This document shows positions 1-9,636 of a stretch of 64,000 bases of DNA, in pieces. Within the stretch, counting starts at the first letter, position 1. The number at the start of each line of letters is the position of its first letter. The position numbers and the translations under genes are program-made. The DNA is taken from positions 1 to 64,000 of the IMG/VR virus record IMGVR_UViG_3300037483_000299. One strand, written 5' to 3'. The notes under the pieces are model-generated. The model saw only the letters and a list, made by a program, of their open reading frames with translations. It searched no databases and had not been told where the DNA came from. The stretch comes from a virus.

Positions 1-201
1 AGTGCCACCACGCATAGTGCCATCGTGCCGGGCACCAAGTTGACCGGTGGGGCGGCGGGAAGCGCGATGCCCTCGACCGCACTCGGGAGTTACATCCTCG
101 GCCGTTCACTCAGTATTCTGGCGGCCAACGCCACCGGCATCATCACGATGCTCATTACTCATCAGGGTGCCGGCTCCACGGGTGCCGGTCCGTCCGCGTA
201 A
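1..201 (+). CDS. Capsid cement/decoration protein, C-terminal part (truncated by window edge)
   Basis: Frame 1 is open to TAA at 199-201 (SATTHSAIVPGTKLTGGAAGSAMPST...GRSL...GIITMLI); directly upstream of the major capsid gene; DUF2190-like pattern. Confidence 0.6.
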   Translation, partial: SATTHSAIVPGTKLTGGAAGSAMPSTALGSYILGRSLSILAANATGIITMLITHQGAGSTGAGPSA

Positions 202-216
202 GGAGGCGCGACTACC

Positions 217-1197
217 ATGAAGCCACTCGTCATCCGCAAGTCGCAGCCGACCTATACGGAAGTGCATATCGACACGCCACTCACCACCATGTCGGTGGCG
301 TTCGCGCAGGCGGCTGATTCCTTCATCGCGGGCCAAGTATTCCCCCGCGTGCCGGTAGACAAGAAATCCAACAAGTACTTCACCTTCCCGCGTGAGTACT
401 TCCTAGCCAACCATGCCCAGAAATGGGCGATTGGGACGGCCGCCGCGCGGTCCGGCTATCAGATTTCCAACGACAGCTACGAGGTCGAGCGGGAAGGGCT
501 AGAGACAGCGATTCCTGACGAGAATCGGGACAACGCTGACGCTGGGCTCAACCTCGACCGTTCTGGAACGGAGTTCGTGACGGCCAACCTATTGGTTGCC
601 GTCGAGGTCAACTTCGTTTCCTCGTTCTTCGCGGCCAGCATCTGGGACAATTCGATCACGCTGTCCAATGGAAAGTGGAATGACGCCAACTCCGATCCCG
701 TGACCGATATCAAGGGCATGAAGCGGACGGTCCGGGAGAATACCGGCCAGGAGATGAATACCGGCGTCTTCGGCCGGCTCACCTTCGACCGCCTCACTGA
801 GCACCCAGACGTGATCGACCGGATCAAGTATTCGGCCGGTCCGGGGAATCCCGCCATCGTCAACCGCCAGACCTTGGCGCAGTTGTTCGAGCTTGAGCGG
901 GTATTCGTTGCCAATGCTACCCGGAACACGGCAGCGGAAGGTATCACGCCGAGTTACGACTTCGTGGCTGACGAGGATGCGGCCATGCTGGTGTACGCGG
1001 CTCCTCGGCCGGGCATAGAAGTTCCGTCTGCCGGGTACACGTTCACTTGGCGCGGCACCGGGAACAACATGGGCCTGGAGTTCGACCGCTACCGGGAGGA
1101 CAAGACCAGGTCTGATGTGATCCGGGGCGGCCTCTGGTATGACCACAAGGTCGTATCGGCCGCCCTCGGCTGCTTCAACGCCGACGTGGTGGACTAA
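217..1197 (+). CDS. Major capsid protein, module A (lambda gpE-like)
   Basis: 326 aa, RBS AAGGAGG; IDTPLT..SVAF, FIAGQVFPRVPV, W.DANSDPVTDI, PSAGYTF motifs typical of gpE-like capsids. Confidence 0.85.
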   Translation: MKPLVIRKSQPTYTEVHIDTPLTTMSVAFAQAADSFIAGQVFPRVPVDKKSNKYFTFPREYFLANHAQKWAIGTAAARSGYQISNDSYEVEREGLETAIPDENRDNADAGLNLDRSGTEFVTANLLVAVEVNFVSSFFAASIWDNSITLSNGKWNDANSDPVTDIKGMKRTVRENTGQEMNTGVFGRLTFDRLTEHPDVIDRIKYSAGPGNPAIVNRQTLAQLFELERVFVANATRNTAAEGITPSYDFVADEDAAMLVYAAPRPGIEVPSAGYTFTWRGTGNNMGLEFDRYREDKTRSDVIRGGLWYDHKVVSAALGCFNADVVD

Positions 1198-1449
1198 ATG
1201 GCCTTGCTGGCGACGCGGGCCATGCAGTTGGCTGGCCATGAGGTGCAGCCCGGTCAGGCCGTAGATGGGCTCTGGCCGGATCTGCGCGAACGGACCCGGC
1301 GGGCGCTGCTGAATACCCGTCGGGTTGTACAGGACGAAGGGGAAGCGGTGATGCCGGTCGGGGAACCCGCCCCGGCCGTGGTCGAGGTGGTCAAGCGCAA
1401 GCGCGGCCGGCCTCGGAAACACCCACTCCCGGAGGCCAGCAATGGCTAA
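1198..1449 (+). CDS. Small post-capsid protein with AT-hook-like KRGRPRK tail
   Basis: 83 aa, abuts the capsid stop; a common gene type after phage capsid genes. Confidence 0.6.
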   Translation: MALLATRAMQLAGHEVQPGQAVDGLWPDLRERTRRALLNTRRVVQDEGEAVMPVGEPAPAVVEVVKRKRGRPRKHPLPEASNG

Positions 1450-2116
1450 GGGTCGGTACGTCGGCAAAGGGGGCCTGTACGGGTACGGCTCCATCGTCCA
1501 GGTCCATTCGGTCACGTCCACGGCGACCGTCCTGCCCAACTGGGGGATGGTGTCGTTCGGGAACGTTGCGGCCAAGACCTGGCGGATGAAGGACCCGCTG
1601 CCCGGTCAGACTGTCGTGCTCTACTGCAACGACGCGGCTGGCGGGGCGCTCCAGACGGTCAAGACCTCCTCCACGCACAGCTTCATTTCTCCGGGCGGCA
1701 CCCGCACGAGCCTGATCTTCTCCGGGGACAACCAGACCGTGACGCTGATGGGCCGCACCACGGCGGTCTACGAGGTGCTGGCCTCGGCGCGGGATGGGGT
1801 GACCACGGTTACCTCCACCGCGGTCAAGTTCCCCACCGAGGGCGTGGTCTCCTTTGGCGCTACGGGTGCCAAGTCGTGGCGGATGCCGCCTCCGATGGCT
1901 GGTCAGCGGCTCACGCTCTACTGCAACGATGGGGCGACGGGCGCGATCCAGAAGGTGTTTGCCAGCACGTCGAACGCCACCAACTTTGCCACCACGGGTG
2001 GTCTCAAGAACGTGGCGCAGTTCGACCACGACCACGAAAGCCTGGTGTGCCACGCCCTGAGTTCGGCGGTTTGGGCCATCAGTCCCAACGCGAGCATCAC
2101 GTACAGCACCGCGTAA
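1442..2116 (+). CDS. Putative capsid decoration protein with internally duplicated beta domain
   Basis: Two ~95-aa repeats (VTST..P..G.VSFG...AK.WRM..P..GQ...LYCND). Confidence 0.6.
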   Translation: MAKGRYVGKGGLYGYGSIVQVHSVTSTATVLPNWGMVSFGNVAAKTWRMKDPLPGQTVVLYCNDAAGGALQTVKTSSTHSFISPGGTRTSLIFSGDNQTVTLMGRTTAVYEVLASARDGVTTVTSTAVKFPTEGVVSFGATGAKSWRMPPPMAGQRLTLYCNDGATGAIQKVFASTSNATNFATTGGLKNVAQFDHDHESLVCHALSSAVWAISPNASITYSTA

Positions 2117-2142
2117 CCCTTCACCCGAAAGGAGCAAGGCCG

Positions 2143-3159
2143 ATGCGAGGCCCTGTTCAGCCCGTAGTACCGGAAACCGTCGTGAGCGAAGCGGAGCCCA
2201 ACGGGGGTGGCGCATCCACCCCCAAGCGGCGCCGCGGCCCTAATCGGATCAAGAATCTCCTGCCCCCGGAACCCGTGACGCGGCGATCCAAGGTCGCCAT
2301 CATGGGCTACACGGAGCATCGGAAGTACGCCCCGTTCCTCCATCCAGACTGGGAAATCTGGGGCTTGAATGACTTGTACCACGAGTTGCCGGACGGCTTG
2401 ACGCTCGACCGGCTGCGCTGGTTCCAGATCCACGAATGGACGGAACAAGGACTCCGACCCGAGAGCCCGACGGACTTTCAGGCGGGGCCGCCACATCCGC
2501 GCGATCCGAACCACGTTCCCTGGCTCAAGGAATGGTCGGCCAAGGGGATGCGGCTCTACCTGCTGGATGCGCGCGCGGAACTTCCCAACGCTACCGTGAT
2601 GGACCGTGAGGCCATCTTCCGCTACTTCGAGGACGGGACCGGCCACCCGATTCGCTACTTCACCAATAGCATCTCCTGGATGCTGGCCGTTGCCATCATG
2701 GAACTCGCGCCCGATCATCAGGCGGTTGCGGGTGCCGAGATAGGCATCTTCGGCGTAGACATGATGATGGCCGGCGGCCCGGGCAGTGAATACGGGTGGC
2801 AGCGGCCCTCCTGCGAATGGCTCATCGGCTGGGCTCGGGGAGCGGGCATCACCATCCATCTGCCCAAGGAATCCGATCTCCTCAAGACGGCGTTCCAGTA
2901 CGGGGACAAGCAGGGCGAGTACTTCCGTAAGCGGGTCCAAGCTTACCGCAACGAGATGAGCCGGCGGCGCGGGGAAGCGGATGGGGCGATAGAGCAAGCC
3001 AAGGCTGCCCATCACGAGTTGACTGGGGCGATCAACTGCGCCGATTGGATACTCAAGAGCCACATGCCGAGCGATCCGGGGGAACCAGGACCGGGTCGGG
3101 TGCCGGTGCCGGATAGCCACAAGGGGTTGCCGACTGGGGTTACGACCCCGGAGGAGTAA
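2143..3159 (+). CDS. Maf/MptE-like (sialyltransferase-type fold) putative glycosyltransferase
   Basis: ATG 2143 after AAAGGAG; KVAIMG, WEIWGLN, RWFQIH, YFTNSISWMLAVA, IGIFGVDM, EY.WQRPSCEW motifs; C-terminal coiled coil. Confidence 0.55.
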   Translation: MRGPVQPVVPETVVSEAEPNGGGASTPKRRRGPNRIKNLLPPEPVTRRSKVAIMGYTEHRKYAPFLHPDWEIWGLNDLYHELPDGLTLDRLRWFQIHEWTEQGLRPESPTDFQAGPPHPRDPNHVPWLKEWSAKGMRLYLLDARAELPNATVMDREAIFRYFEDGTGHPIRYFTNSISWMLAVAIMELAPDHQAVAGAEIGIFGVDMMMAGGPGSEYGWQRPSCEWLIGWARGAGITIHLPKESDLLKTAFQYGDKQGEYFRKRVQAYRNEMSRRRGEADGAIEQAKAAHHELTGAINCADWILKSHMPSDPGEPGPGRVPVPDSHKGLPTGVTTPEE

Positions 3160-3160
3160 C

Positions 3161-3544
3161 ATGGCGAAGGATCGCGTCATCACGACCTGGGGGCCACATG
3201 CCCTCGCGACGCTGACCGGCACCACGGCGGCGGCGGAAACGGCCACCGCCTGGCATCATCTCGGGCCGGCCCTGGCCAACCGGATGTACTTCAAGGCCCG
3301 GTTTTCCGCGGCGGGGGTCATCAAGACGAGTGCGGGGAACCGGCTCACGGTGCGTGGGGCATTGGCCCCAACGAGCGGGGACATCTCGACGGCGCATACT
3401 ACGACGCTGGTGACCCGCACCAGTACGAATCAGGCCACGCAACTGGCTTCGACTGTGGCGCTCATGTTCAACTTCCTGCGGGTGGAGAGCACTGCCCTGG
3501 TCAGCGGGATCGCGGCGGACTGCTTTGTGTCGGCCATCCCATGA
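3161..3544 (+). CDS. Thr/Ser-rich putative virion protein
   Basis: 127 aa, RBS GGAG, within the head-neck operon. Confidence 0.55.
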   Translation: MAKDRVITTWGPHALATLTGTTAAAETATAWHHLGPALANRMYFKARFSAAGVIKTSAGNRLTVRGALAPTSGDISTAHTTTLVTRTSTNQATQLASTVALMFNFLRVESTALVSGIAADCFVSAIP

Positions 3545-3602
3545 CCTACTGCTGGGGTGGGGTCTGGGTCTGGCACGGGCCGCTAGTCGGGAGTGAAACC
3601 CG

Positions 3603-4040
3603 GTGAGCTGGACGTACAGCGGAGACCCGGCGTCGTCGAATACCGACGCGGTGCGCTTCCTCTGCGGTCAGACCTCGACTGCGGATTCGGTGCTCTTGGC
3701 GGACGAGGAACTGAGTTACCTCATTGCCCAGACGCCGACGGTCAACTATGCCGCCGCGCGGGCCTGCGAGAGTCTGGCGAACCAATACGCTACGCGGTTG
3801 GCCGAAGGCGAAGCGGTTGGACCGTTCAGCGCGGAATGGGGAGATCGGGCCCAGAAGCTCCAACAGCTCGCTAAGGCGTTGCGGACACAAGCAGGCTTCA
3901 GCGTCACGCCGTTTGTCGGTGGGAGTCGAGTAGCGGACCGGGATAGCCGGGTGGACGATACCGACCGCGTGGCCGATCAGTTTACGGTGGGCATGATGGA
4001 TGAACCGGGGAGTATCCAGACGGAGACGGAAAGCACATGA
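3603..4040 (+). CDS. Head-tail adaptor (connector) protein
   Basis: MSWTYSGDP..DAVRFL.G.T....LL.DEE motif; position. Confidence 0.75.
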   Translation: MSWTYSGDPASSNTDAVRFLCGQTSTADSVLLADEELSYLIAQTPTVNYAAARACESLANQYATRLAEGEAVGPFSAEWGDRAQKLQQLAKALRTQAGFSVTPFVGGSRVADRDSRVDDTDRVADQFTVGMMDEPGSIQTETEST

Positions 4041-4375
4041 CGCTCTGGCGCACGCTCGCTGGACAGTTGAGTCAGACGGCGACGCGGAACGCCTTTGCGG
4101 GCTACAACAGCCGGGGCGATCCGAGTTTCAGCACGTCGGCGACAACGTTCCCTGTGCGCGTGGCCGGCAAACAGGGGCTCACGAAGGGGCCGAGTGGGCG
4201 TGACGTGCTGTATCGGCAAGAGGTCTATGTCGGGCCGAGCAGCACGGGCGGGACGCCGAACTTCACCGTCCAGGATCGGGTCACGCTACCCGATGCCACG
4301 ACGCCCCCGATTGTGAACGTGGGGACATTCCCGGAACGCAGCGGGGTGAGTTTCCAGGTGCTCTACTGTGGCTGA
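4037..4375 (+). CDS. Head closure protein
   Basis: 112 aa, ATGA-coupled; DRVTLPD motif; synteny. Confidence 0.7.
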   Translation: MTLWRTLAGQLSQTATRNAFAGYNSRGDPSFSTSATTFPVRVAGKQGLTKGPSGRDVLYRQEVYVGPSSTGGTPNFTVQDRVTLPDATTPPIVNVGTFPERSGVSFQVLYCG

Positions 4376-4892
4376 GATCCTGAGTCTCACGATGACGGGC
4401 GATGCTGCCTTGCTGGCCAACTTGGAGAAGCTGGCCACCGGCCAGAACCTCGCTATCGAGCGCGGCTTATTCCGCTGGGGCGAGGAAGTCATGGCCGAGT
4501 CCAAGACTCAGTACGTGCCGGTGGATACCGGCGCCCTTCGCGCCTCAGGGTTCGTGATGACGCCAAGCCTGCGGGACGTTCCCCCAGGAGCCGTGCCGAG
4601 CCCGGAAGCGATGACGGCCATGCAGCCCCGGACTCAGGATGAAGTTGTCGCCGTGCTGGGCTACGGCGGCCCAGCGGCCCCCTACGCGCTGGCGGTGCAT
4701 GAGAACCCGCGCTCCGGCAAGACGGGCGGTGTCTCGCCCCAGGGTAAGCGATACAAGCACTTCGCCCGGGTGGGGCAGTGGAAATACCTAGCTATCCCGG
4801 TGCAGAACCATGCGAGCCGGTTAGCTGAAGTGGTGGCGACCGAAGTCCGGGCGTTCATCGCGGGGTTGGGGCAGCGTGGCCGAACTCGTTGA
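4368..4892 (+). CDS. HK97 gp10-like neck protein
   Basis: VPVDTGALRAS, YALAVHE, KYL motifs. Confidence 0.8.
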   Translation: MAEILSLTMTGDAALLANLEKLATGQNLAIERGLFRWGEEVMAESKTQYVPVDTGALRASGFVMTPSLRDVPPGAVPSPEAMTAMQPRTQDEVVAVLGYGGPAAPYALAVHENPRSGKTGGVSPQGKRYKHFARVGQWKYLAIPVQNHASRLAEVVATEVRAFIAGLGQRGRTR

Positions 4893-5298
4893 TGATGTCA
4901 TTCGACGCCTCAGTACGCAGGGCGTCGGGACCACGAGCAGCACGGCGACCTGGCGTATTGTGGCGCGGGATTTCTTGCCGGGAACCATCGGCTCGAGCAG
5001 TCAGGCGAAGATGATTGCCGTGACGGTGACCGGAGGATTCCCGCAGATGAGCGCCGAGGACCTGACCTATCCGACGTTCCAGGTCCGGGTCCGGGACTCC
5101 GCCACGAGTAGCACGGGACTGGAAGCGAAGATGACGGCGACGGTGACGGCACTGAATCTCACGGGCGGGCTGACGATCAACAGCCGGAAGTATCTGGATT
5201 TCCGGCTTGAGGGTGAGCCGTTCTTTCTGGGACGGGATGAGAACCAACGACCGCTGATGGCTGCGAACTTCGTGGCGTGGCGGTCCCGGACGACGTAA
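4876..5298 (+). CDS. Tail terminator/completion protein
   Basis: PTFQVRVR and LGRDENQRP...ANF motifs; precedes the tail tube gene. Confidence 0.75.
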   Translation: MAELVDDVIRRLSTQGVGTTSSTATWRIVARDFLPGTIGSSSQAKMIAVTVTGGFPQMSAEDLTYPTFQVRVRDSATSSTGLEAKMTATVTALNLTGGLTINSRKYLDFRLEGEPFFLGRDENQRPLMAANFVAWRSRTT

Positions 5299-5308
5299 GG
5301 GAGGCAAC

Positions 5309-5731
5309 ATGGCGACGAATGCGTTTAACGGCCGGCTCATCCGCTGTCAGGTAGCGGCCACGTCCAGTGGGTCGCTGGTGAGTTTCGGTGGGCTTCAGGG
5401 CGCAACCCTAACACTCGACCGACCGGAAATCTCGGTGGTGCACCAGGACACGTCCGGCTGGGAACAGACCTTGGCGGGGATTGCCAAGTGGACGGTACGG
5501 GCTCGGACGGTACATCTCTCGACGGCGGCGACTCAGGAACAGGACACGCTCCGGGCGGCGGCCCTCGCGGGCACGCGCAAGTGGTTTGCCTTCATCAGCA
5601 GCACGTCAGCCGGTGGGCAGACGTGGAAGGGGAATGGCTACGTCTCTGGGTTTGACCTCGACGGCGACCAGACCTCACCCGTGATGCACAACTTTAGTGT
5701 GGCCGGGGACGGCGCGATTACGGAGTCCTAA
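5309..5731 (+). CDS. Tail tube (major tail) protein
   Basis: 140 aa; D.SGWE..LAG...W and KGNGYVSGF...FSVAGDGAI sipho tail tube pattern. Confidence 0.8.
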   Translation: MATNAFNGRLIRCQVAATSSGSLVSFGGLQGATLTLDRPEISVVHQDTSGWEQTLAGIAKWTVRARTVHLSTAATQEQDTLRAAALAGTRKWFAFISSTSAGGQTWKGNGYVSGFDLDGDQTSPVMHNFSVAGDGAITES

Positions 5732-6051
5732 TGGCGACGCTGCAACTGAACGGGACGAGCTACACGCTGGCCTACAAGCCGTGGGGAGTGATCCGCCGGC
5801 TTCACAAAGAGCAGGGCGTCAATCTCCTCGACTTGCTGGGGGATGAGCAAGCCGCAGATCGGATGATGGACCCGACGACCTTGAGCGCCCTAGTCTGGGG
5901 GGGATTGATCCATGCCCACCCGGAGATGACCCTGGAACAGGTAGAGGGCTGGATGGGGTTGGACAATCTCGCAGTGGTCTCTCAAGCCGTGGCGGGCGCG
6001 ATCAAGGAAAGCCTGGAGGGAGCAGGGGTCGCCGCAAACCCTACGACCTGA
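5731..6051 (+). CDS. Tail assembly chaperone (gpG-like)
   Basis: Between tail tube and tape measure; slippery site near the 3' end. Confidence 0.75.
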   Translation: MATLQLNGTSYTLAYKPWGVIRRLHKEQGVNLLDLLGDEQAADRMMDPTTLSALVWGGLIHAHPEMTLEQVEGWMGLDNLAVVSQAVAGAIKESLEGAGVAANPTT

Positions 6052-6236
6052 TCCCACGGCTGGAACGCGCAGCGATGCGTGCGGGGCTGCGTCCGTGGGA
6101 GGTTGCGCGATGCAGCCCCGGTGACTTGCTCGGCTGGTGTCAAGCGCACTACGGGGAGGACGCCCCGGATGACGGGATGAGCCAGCAGGCGAAGGCGGAC
6201 GAACTGATGCGGAGGCTGCGTGGCCCAGGTCGGTGA
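6036..6236 (+). other. -1 programmed frameshift site A-AAC-CCT and gpT-like extension
   Basis: XXXYYYZ heptamer AAACCCT 6036-6042 in the correct phase; the -1 frame reads YDLIPRLERAAMRAGLRPWEV... to TGA 6234-6236. Confidence 0.75.
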
Positions 6237-7668
6237 TGTCTTGATGACGGCGCGGGCGGATGTCGGACAGGCGAAGCAAGCCTTCCGCTCCCTCCAAGCC
6301 GATGTCAAGCAAGCCAGCGCCGACTTCAAGGCCGGGGTCATCTCCATTGGGGATTACCAGACGGCTATTCGTACGGCCCGACAGGAAGCCATCAGCCTGC
6401 GATCCGCCGGCTTGGCTCCCGTCGGTCGGGAACTCTCGTCATTTAGTCAGGTCATGGTTGCTACGACACCGCGCATTGAAGGGGCGCGGCGTGGGTTGGG
6501 GACGCTCCGCGGTGCGATGGTCGGGCTGGCGGGTTCGATGGTTGGGGTCCGTGGCCCTCTCAATGCTCTCGTTTCTGGGCTGCTGTTGTTCGGCACGGGT
6601 GGGGCGATTGGGGCGGGTGTCGCCGCCGGGCTGGCGGCCTTGGCATTCGGCTTCAACAAACTTCGCCAGGGGGCCAAGGACGCAGCCGAAGCGGTGAAAA
6701 CGTATGCTGATGCGTGGCGAGCTTTGCCGGAACAACAGAAGGTACAGACGGCTGCGGATCTTGCCAAACTACAAGCACAACAAGCCGACATCAACTTGCG
6801 GCTAGCGCCGCTCCTTGAGAGTCAACGTCAAGCAAAGGCTGGCGGGATTGCTACGCCGGCCCTGAACAAGCAGATCGAAGAGCTCCAAAAGAAGTTTATT
6901 GAGGTTAGCACGGCTGTCGCTGGGGCGATGCAAAAACTCAGCGGCTTCCGAGAAGATGTTGCGAAGACCGGCACCACGGTGCGGGAAGCCCTCTTGCCGC
7001 CTCTGGAAGACATCCAACGGGACCTAGACCGTTGGAACGCGAATCTCCGGCAGCAGGCTGAGGCTGTGAAAGACGCGCTTTCACCCCTACGAGAATACGA
7101 ACGGGCACTAGAGAGCCTGCGTGAATTGGAAGCCTTAGGGCTCATCGGTCATGAGGAACGCCTTGCACGCGGGGATCAGTTACGCCGCGCCGCCTCGGAC
7201 GTCGGTAAGCCCATGTTTGCCAGTACCAAGGCACAGATCAAGGCTGAGTTTGATGACCTCGGCTTGACCGCAGCGGGCGCGTTTACCCGAGGCTTCATCC
7301 GCTCGGCCTTCGAGGGCTTCAAGGGATTCGGCTCGGTGCTCAAGAACGTCTTCGCCTCCCTGTTTGAGGACGCGTTGATGCAGGCGCTTCGACGGCTCGG
7401 TGGTGGTGGCGGGGGGAGTGGGATACTCGGATTCCTGTTCAATACCGGTGTTGGGTTCGCTACTGGTGGGCCAGCGGGCGCGGCCATTGGGGGAGCGGCC
7501 AGCATTGGTATTCGACCCCCGGGCCCGCCTGAGTTCAGCGGTATGAACATCAACGTCGGCCCGGCCCGTGATCCGATCAGCATTGCCCGGGATGCTCAAT
7601 GGTTGGCCGCTCTCGCCGCGTCGAATCTTCAGCTTGAGGCCGGCGGCTTCCGGTTGGCGAGGCGCTAA
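6220..7668 (+). CDS. Tape measure protein (short, 482 aa)
   Basis: Ala/Gly-rich helical protein with hydrophobic segments; follows the chaperone. Confidence 0.8.
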   Translation: MAQVGDVLMTARADVGQAKQAFRSLQADVKQASADFKAGVISIGDYQTAIRTARQEAISLRSAGLAPVGRELSSFSQVMVATTPRIEGARRGLGTLRGAMVGLAGSMVGVRGPLNALVSGLLLFGTGGAIGAGVAAGLAALAFGFNKLRQGAKDAAEAVKTYADAWRALPEQQKVQTAADLAKLQAQQADINLRLAPLLESQRQAKAGGIATPALNKQIEELQKKFIEVSTAVAGAMQKLSGFREDVAKTGTTVREALLPPLEDIQRDLDRWNANLRQQAEAVKDALSPLREYERALESLRELEALGLIGHEERLARGDQLRRAASDVGKPMFASTKAQIKAEFDDLGLTAAGAFTRGFIRSAFEGFKGFGSVLKNVFASLFEDALMQALRRLGGGGGGSGILGFLFNTGVGFATGGPAGAAIGGAASIGIRPPGPPEFSGMNINVGPARDPISIARDAQWLAALAASNLQLEAGGFRLARR

Positions 7669-8855
7669 TGGCCAAGTTCGGGAACGCCGCGATTCTCTGG
7701 ACCTCGACGGAAGATGCCAATACGTCGCGCGTCTTCCTATTGGATCAGCCGTTAGTGGAAGTGACACCGCACCACAATCAGACCGTCTACCGCCGGGAGT
7801 CGCTGGATCGCTCTGCCGTGGAGACGTACAGTGTCGGCAGTGGTGCCTATGAGCTGACCGGCACCATTCGCTACTCCGCTGACCCGGATGGCCTGACGGA
7901 GATGCTGAAGGCCGGAAGTCAGGGCAAGACACTGACCTACATTCCCAACCTGAACGACATGGCGTTGCAGAACAACGTGATCTTGATGGACCCCATGAGC
8001 CCCACGCAAGCGACCCTCGACGCGCAGCGGGGAGGCTATGCCGAACATCAGGTGTCGGTCCGGTTCCGCAAGACGGATGAAAGCCCGTTCACGGGACAGG
8101 TCAAGGGGACCGATGTGATCTTCGCCTATCGGGCAGGCGGGAGTCTCAAGCACGGCGTGGCGACGGCGACGTTCTCCCGCGTCACCAGCACGAGCGCCCC
8201 GGCGAGTTACGCCAGTATCTCGACCGGTGATCTCGGATTCGGCACAATCAGCACCGCGGCAACCAACAAGGCGCGGGTGAGCTGGATGGCGAATCCTACT
8301 AGCGTGGGGCCGCGCACCTTCCCGACGTTGCTATTGGAGCCCAGCCGAAAGAATCGGTTGCCCGAGTCAGAAGATTTCTCCGCGTGGACGCAGTCCGGGG
8401 CTGTGACGTTGACCACCGGACAAACGGACCCGATGGGGGGCAGCAGGGCGACTCTGATAGCCGACAACCTGACGACGGGTAGTGCGAGCGTCTACTACCC
8501 GCTCGGAGCGTCGGACATCCTCTCAACGTTTGCCGTCTACTCGCTCTTTGTCCGGCAGGGCACCACGGTATCCACCGCCGGATCGCGGCTCTCCATTGCT
8601 AATTCCACCGGGGGGAATCTCTCGGCCGTAGACCTGACCTGGAGTAGTGGTCTCCCCGTGACCTCGGTCGTGGTTGGGGCGCTGGCCGGGCCCGTTGAAC
8701 GGTGGCGCGGCGGATGGTATCGGGTGGCCCTCCGCCCCACGGCTGCGCTCACCACGGGCATTGGTGGCACCATCCGCTTTTTCATCAATCCGGCGATTGG
8801 ATCGGCAACGGATCGCGGGGATATCTACGCCTACGGCGGGCAGGTGGAACAATGA
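7668..8855 (+). CDS. Distal tail-like protein with C-terminal beta-sandwich domain (first half of a split domain)
   Basis: Follows the tape measure; LLLEPSRKNRL..SEDF, GGWYRV, DIYAYGGQVEQ motifs. Confidence 0.65.
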   Translation: MAKFGNAAILWTSTEDANTSRVFLLDQPLVEVTPHHNQTVYRRESLDRSAVETYSVGSGAYELTGTIRYSADPDGLTEMLKAGSQGKTLTYIPNLNDMALQNNVILMDPMSPTQATLDAQRGGYAEHQVSVRFRKTDESPFTGQVKGTDVIFAYRAGGSLKHGVATATFSRVTSTSAPASYASISTGDLGFGTISTAATNKARVSWMANPTSVGPRTFPTLLLEPSRKNRLPESEDFSAWTQSGAVTLTTGQTDPMGGSRATLIADNLTTGSASVYYPLGASDILSTFAVYSLFVRQGTTVSTAGSRLSIANSTGGNLSAVDLTWSSGLPVTSVVVGALAGPVERWRGGWYRVALRPTAALTTGIGGTIRFFINPAIGSATDRGDIYAYGGQVEQ

Positions 8856-9085
8856 CGCGCGTTCTCGGGTGCCTTGGGCTCCTACTCCTGACCGGGTGCT
8901 ATGTCCGTACCCTTCATGAGCCCGCGCTGTGCGGCGACGTGCGGATAGATACGGTGAGCACGATTTTCGTCAACGGTCAAGCGGCCGGGGTGGTCACACA
9001 AGAGACGTGTCTACTCTGGGTGGCGTTCAGTGATTCCACCCAATGTTGGAACCGCGACGGCGAACGGCTGGCGCAATGTCCCTGA
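8852..9085 (+). CDS. Small Cys-rich lipoprotein
   Basis: ATG 8852 overlaps the upstream TGA; signal peptide MTRVLGCLGLLLLTGC with lipobox. Confidence 0.7.
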   Translation: MTRVLGCLGLLLLTGCYVRTLHEPALCGDVRIDTVSTIFVNGQAAGVVTQETCLLWVAFSDSTQCWNRDGERLAQCP

Positions 9086-9099
9086 CCGTGGCGGAATAG

Positions 9100-9636
9100 A
9101 TGACCAAGGTCGCCAGTAGCTACATGCGGACCAACGGCGCGGCGCTGACCAGGGCGGCGGATGTGCTGTCTTGGACAAACGTAATGGGAAGACCACAGGC
9201 GCTCACTGTCTATCTTCGGTTTGTAGACTCTGGCGTTGTTCGGCAAACGGCTGGTGCGACCGTGCTTGCTATTGGTGTAGATCCAGCAATTAGCGTGCGC
9301 GAGGCTTCTGGGGTGTGGGCCGCGGTGCATTCTAACGGGACGGCGAACGTCACTGGGTCTGCATCTGTGGCAACGAATACCGGCGACCTTGTCGAGCTGG
9401 TCATCCAGGTGAGTACGACAGGGACCGTGACGGTGATTCAATCCCTCAATAGCGCGACGGCAACAACCGGATCAACCAGTGGTGCGCTCAAGTTCGGGAC
9501 TGCGTGGAGCGTACCAACACTGTCGCTAGGGTCTAATGTCAGCGGGGCAAACCAAGCCTTGGTTGCCATCCGCAATGTACTCGTTGCGCGTGGCGTCCAA
9601 ACCCTCGCTACCATGCGGCGGCTGGCGGGGACATGA
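9100..9636 (+). CDS. Tail protein, LamG/lectin-like (second half of the split domain)
   Basis: Begins ASSYMRTNGAALTRAADVL, the motif that normally follows GAQxE within one protein. Confidence 0.65.
   Translation: MTKVASSYMRTNGAALTRAADVLSWTNVMGRPQALTVYLRFVDSGVVRQTAGATVLAIGVDPAISVREASGVWAAVHSNGTANVTGSASVATNTGDLVELVIQVSTTGTVTVIQSLNSATATTGSTSGALKFGTAWSVPTLSLGSNVSGANQALVAIRNVLVARGVQTLATMRRLAGT

Noticed and set aside
8846-9102. Ribosomal bypass or intron rejoining the split tail gene
   Set aside because: The matching GAA landing codon is followed by TAG, no intron structure was recognised, and the insert encodes a credible lipoprotein
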